From: Kiritimatiellia bacterium
GTDB taxonomy: Bacteria; Verrucomicrobiota; Kiritimatiellia; CAIQIC01; Lenti-01
Assembly (NCBI GenBank): GCA_045627965.1
Contig: JAZQOP010000083.1
Coordinates: 1-37,557, forward strand
Reading direction: 5' to 3'
DNA length: 37,557 nucleotides
The notes under the pieces were generated by a model. The model made no database searches. It had not been told where the DNA came from and saw only the letters and a list, made by a program, of their open reading frames with translations. A program made the translations under genes and the position numbers. Below, in pieces: positions 35,450-37,557 of this stretch. How positions within the stretch are numbered: position 1 is the stretch's first letter; every line of letters begins with the position of its first letter.

Positions 35450-36721
35450 ATGAACATGTATGCTTTGAATCGTTTTCTTGTCGTGGCGCTGGTGGCCGGG
35501 CTGGCCGCTGGGATGGCGTCGGCGCAGACGCGGATGCAGGTGACGGCGGCGACGCCGATCCGGGCGCGGGCGGAGGTGTCGTCCCCGGAGCTGGGGACGG
35601 CGAATCCGGGCGAGATCGTCTTCGTCCTGTCGACGTCCGGGACGTTTTCGGCGATCGAGCCGCCGGAGCGCGTCGGCCTTTGGGTGAACCGCGATTTTAT
35701 CGAAGGCAACCGCGTCATCGCCAAGTCGGTGCAGCTGCGCACGGGGCCCGGGCTGGAGCATGACGTGGCGGGCTCGCTGTCGCGCGGGGCCGCCATCATG
35801 AAGCTTTCGGAGCAGGGCGAATGGCTGCAGATTTCGCCGCCGTCGTCGTCGCAGGTCTACGTCCTGTCGTCGATGCTCAAGGCGGTGCCGGTGGCGACGG
35901 AGCCGATCGGCGAGGTCGAGACGGTCGGCTACGCTCCGGCCGCCGCGTCCGAACCGGTGCCCGCGGCCCTGCCCGCCGCGGCCCCCGTCACGGCCCCGAT
36001 CGCCGCGGCCCCGGTCGTCGCGGCCCCTGCGGCCCCCGCCGTGCCGCCTGTCGCGGTGGCGGCGCCTCCTCCGACGCCCGCCCATGCCGCAGCCCCGACG
36101 CCGAAGATCGCCCCCTCGGTCCCCGGTACCGAGCCTGTGAAGAAGCCGATCGAACTGCCCGCGCCGATTCCGCCGGAGAGGGTCGTGGCGACATCGAAGA
36201 CGCTGCCGGCCGCCCCCGCCTCCGCACCGCAGCCCGCCGCGCACACGGCGGCGCCGACGCGCCCGATCCGTCCGGCGGTGGCCGGCAAGTCGCCCGCGCA
36301 GCCGGTGCGCCCCGCGGCGCAGCCGGTGCGCCCGCCGGCGCAAGGCGTCAGCGTGCCCGGCGCCGTCTTGCGGCCGAATCCTCCGGCGGCCTCCGCGCCC
36401 GCGGCGGCCCCCTTGCCGGCGGTCGACGAGGCGCTGGTGAGGCAGCTCTCGCTGGATCCGGCGGCGAAGAACCAGGGCAAGCGCGTCCGCGTCGCGGGCG
36501 AGCTGCGCCAGGATCCGTTCCGTTCGAAGTCGCCCTCGCGGTTCCGGCTGCTGTCGCGCGACGGCGGGAGCCTGGAAGTGTTTTGCGACGTCCACGGCGA
36601 TTCCAACCAGCTGCGCCCGTTCATCGGGAAAAAGGTGACGCTCCGCGGGCAGGCCTATCGGATCGAGGACTCGGACGTCCCCGTGGTGGTCGTCGGACAG
36701 GTCCTGCCCGATGCCGAATAG
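35450..36721 (+). CDS. Secreted tandem bacterial SH3 domain protein with Pro/Ala linker and C-terminal beta domain (CT017/Ctad1-like), about 423 aa
   Basis: Signal peptide (FLVVALVAGLAAGMASA), two SH3b-like repeats (IRARAE..GEIVFVL..IEPP..LWV; VQLRTGPG..GSLSRG..GEWLQISPP..VYV), long P/A linker. Start reassigned to 35450. Confidence 0.8.
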   Translation: MNMYALNRFLVVALVAGLAAGMASAQTRMQVTAATPIRARAEVSSPELGTANPGEIVFVLSTSGTFSAIEPPERVGLWVNRDFIEGNRVIAKSVQLRTGPGLEHDVAGSLSRGAAIMKLSEQGEWLQISPPSSSQVYVLSSMLKAVPVATEPIGEVETVGYAPAAASEPVPAALPAAAPVTAPIAAAPVVAAPAAPAVPPVAVAAPPPTPAHAAAPTPKIAPSVPGTEPVKKPIELPAPIPPERVVATSKTLPAAPASAPQPAAHTAAPTRPIRPAVAGKSPAQPVRPAAQPVRPPAQGVSVPGAVLRPNPPAASAPAAAPLPAVDEALVRQLSLDPAAKNQGKRVRVAGELRQDPFRSKSPSRFRLLSRDGGSLEVFCDVHGDSNQLRPFIGKKVTLRGQAYRIEDSDVPVVVVGQVLPDAE

Positions 36722-37403
36722 CGCGGTGCCGGCGCCGGGGAGGGGCCTGCGGGTAGGGCTCTTCGGGGGGACGTTCAACCCCGTGCATCGCGGGCACGTG
36801 GCCATTGCCGAAGATGCCTTGCGCCTGTTCGGCCTCGACGAGGTCTGGCTCCTGCCGGCGGCCGTCCCGCCGCTGAAGCCGACGGCGGGGCTGGCATCGA
36901 ACGCCGACCGCCTCGCGATGCTTGAACGGGCCCTTGCGGAGCACGGCGACCCTCGCCTGAAGGCCTGCGACATCGAATACGGCCTCCCGCCGCCCTCCTA
37001 CACCATCCGGACCGTCCTGGCCTTGCAGGACCGTTTCCCGGAAACGTCGTTTTCGTTCATCGTCGGCGCCGACTCCCTGACGACGCTGCACCTGTGGCAC
37101 CGCGTGCCGGAATTGCTCGAGCTGCTGCCCTTCCTTGTCCTGGCGCGCCCGGGCTACGAGCCGACGGAAGGGGACATCCACCTGCCGCCGCCCTATCCGG
37201 CGCGCCTGCTGGCGAACCTGCGCACGGCGACGCTTTCCCCGGCGGCCTCCTCCGCCATCCGCGAAGAGCTGGCGCGGACCCGGACGTCGGCGCATCTTGC
37301 ACCGTCGGTGCTCGAATATGTCCGGGCGCACGGCCTCTATCTCGGGGCCCGGTCCGCGCCCGGCTCCTCCGGGGCGGGCGCGGGGGCGGTGAATTGCAAC
37401 TGA
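36711..37403 (+). CDS. nadD: Nicotinate-nucleotide adenylyltransferase
   Basis: GLFGGTFNPVHRGH (HxGH), LDEVWLLP..PPLK, RLAML, SYTIRT, FIVGADS, SSAIRE, VLEYVRAHGLY. Confidence 0.93.
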   Translation: MPNSAVPAPGRGLRVGLFGGTFNPVHRGHVAIAEDALRLFGLDEVWLLPAAVPPLKPTAGLASNADRLAMLERALAEHGDPRLKACDIEYGLPPPSYTIRTVLALQDRFPETSFSFIVGADSLTTLHLWHRVPELLELLPFLVLARPGYEPTEGDIHLPPPYPARLLANLRTATLSPAASSAIREELARTRTSAHLAPSVLEYVRAHGLYLGARSAPGSSGAGAGAVNCN

Positions 37404-37441
37404 AAAGGGACACGGAATCTTGTGGTGCGTGGGATATGGGA

Positions 37442-37557
37442 TTAGGCGACGGAAGTCTGGTAGGCGATGGCGGCCTGTCCGCCGAGCGATTCGCGATGGA
37501 TGGAGTTGAGCCAGGCTTCGAGGTTGCGGATGCGCCTGACGGGCACTTTTGAGAAGT
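37442..37557 (-). CDS. Possible 3' end of a convergent gene (partial, product unknown)
   Basis: The minus frame is open from the window edge (FSKVPVRRIRNLEAWLNSIHRESLGGQAAIAYQTSVA) to TAA at 37442-37444, with mostly C/G-ending codons. Confidence 0.4.
   Translation of the reverse strand, partial: FSKVPVRRIRNLEAWLNSIHRESLGGQAAIAYQTSVA

Overview
GC-rich bacterial window with all confident genes on the + strand. Protein style (a CT017-like double-SH3 protein, an 'FTD...RFYR' motif, TN-rich secreted protein) suggests a PVC-superphylum organism such as Kiritimatiellae or Verrucomicrobia; this is inference. Gene order: an AAA_14/DUF4143 ATPase inside a cluster of GTAG-type REP doublets and other repeats, with a palindrome over its promoter; a TMTC-like GT-C glycosyltransferase-TPR gene joined by an ATGA overlap to a giant 7,633-aa secreted protein (5001-27902); a terminator; then PfkB kinase, batA, batB, SAM methyltransferase, a small secreted YYDDR-repeat protein, malic enzyme, GT4, SH3-SH3 protein, nadD and the possible 3' end of a convergent gene. 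The best candidate for an undescribed system is the TMTC-like transferase plus the giant surface protein. The giant protein has five FN3-pair modules with conserved Cys pairs, each carrying a different inserted beta-sandwich domain (one with atypical codon usage). It also has passenger-type repeats but no autotransporter barrel, a Calx-beta domain, a catalytically degenerate EEP domain, a lamin-tail domain and DxDxDRxxD repeats. All domain calls are by-eye motif recognition; no searches were run.
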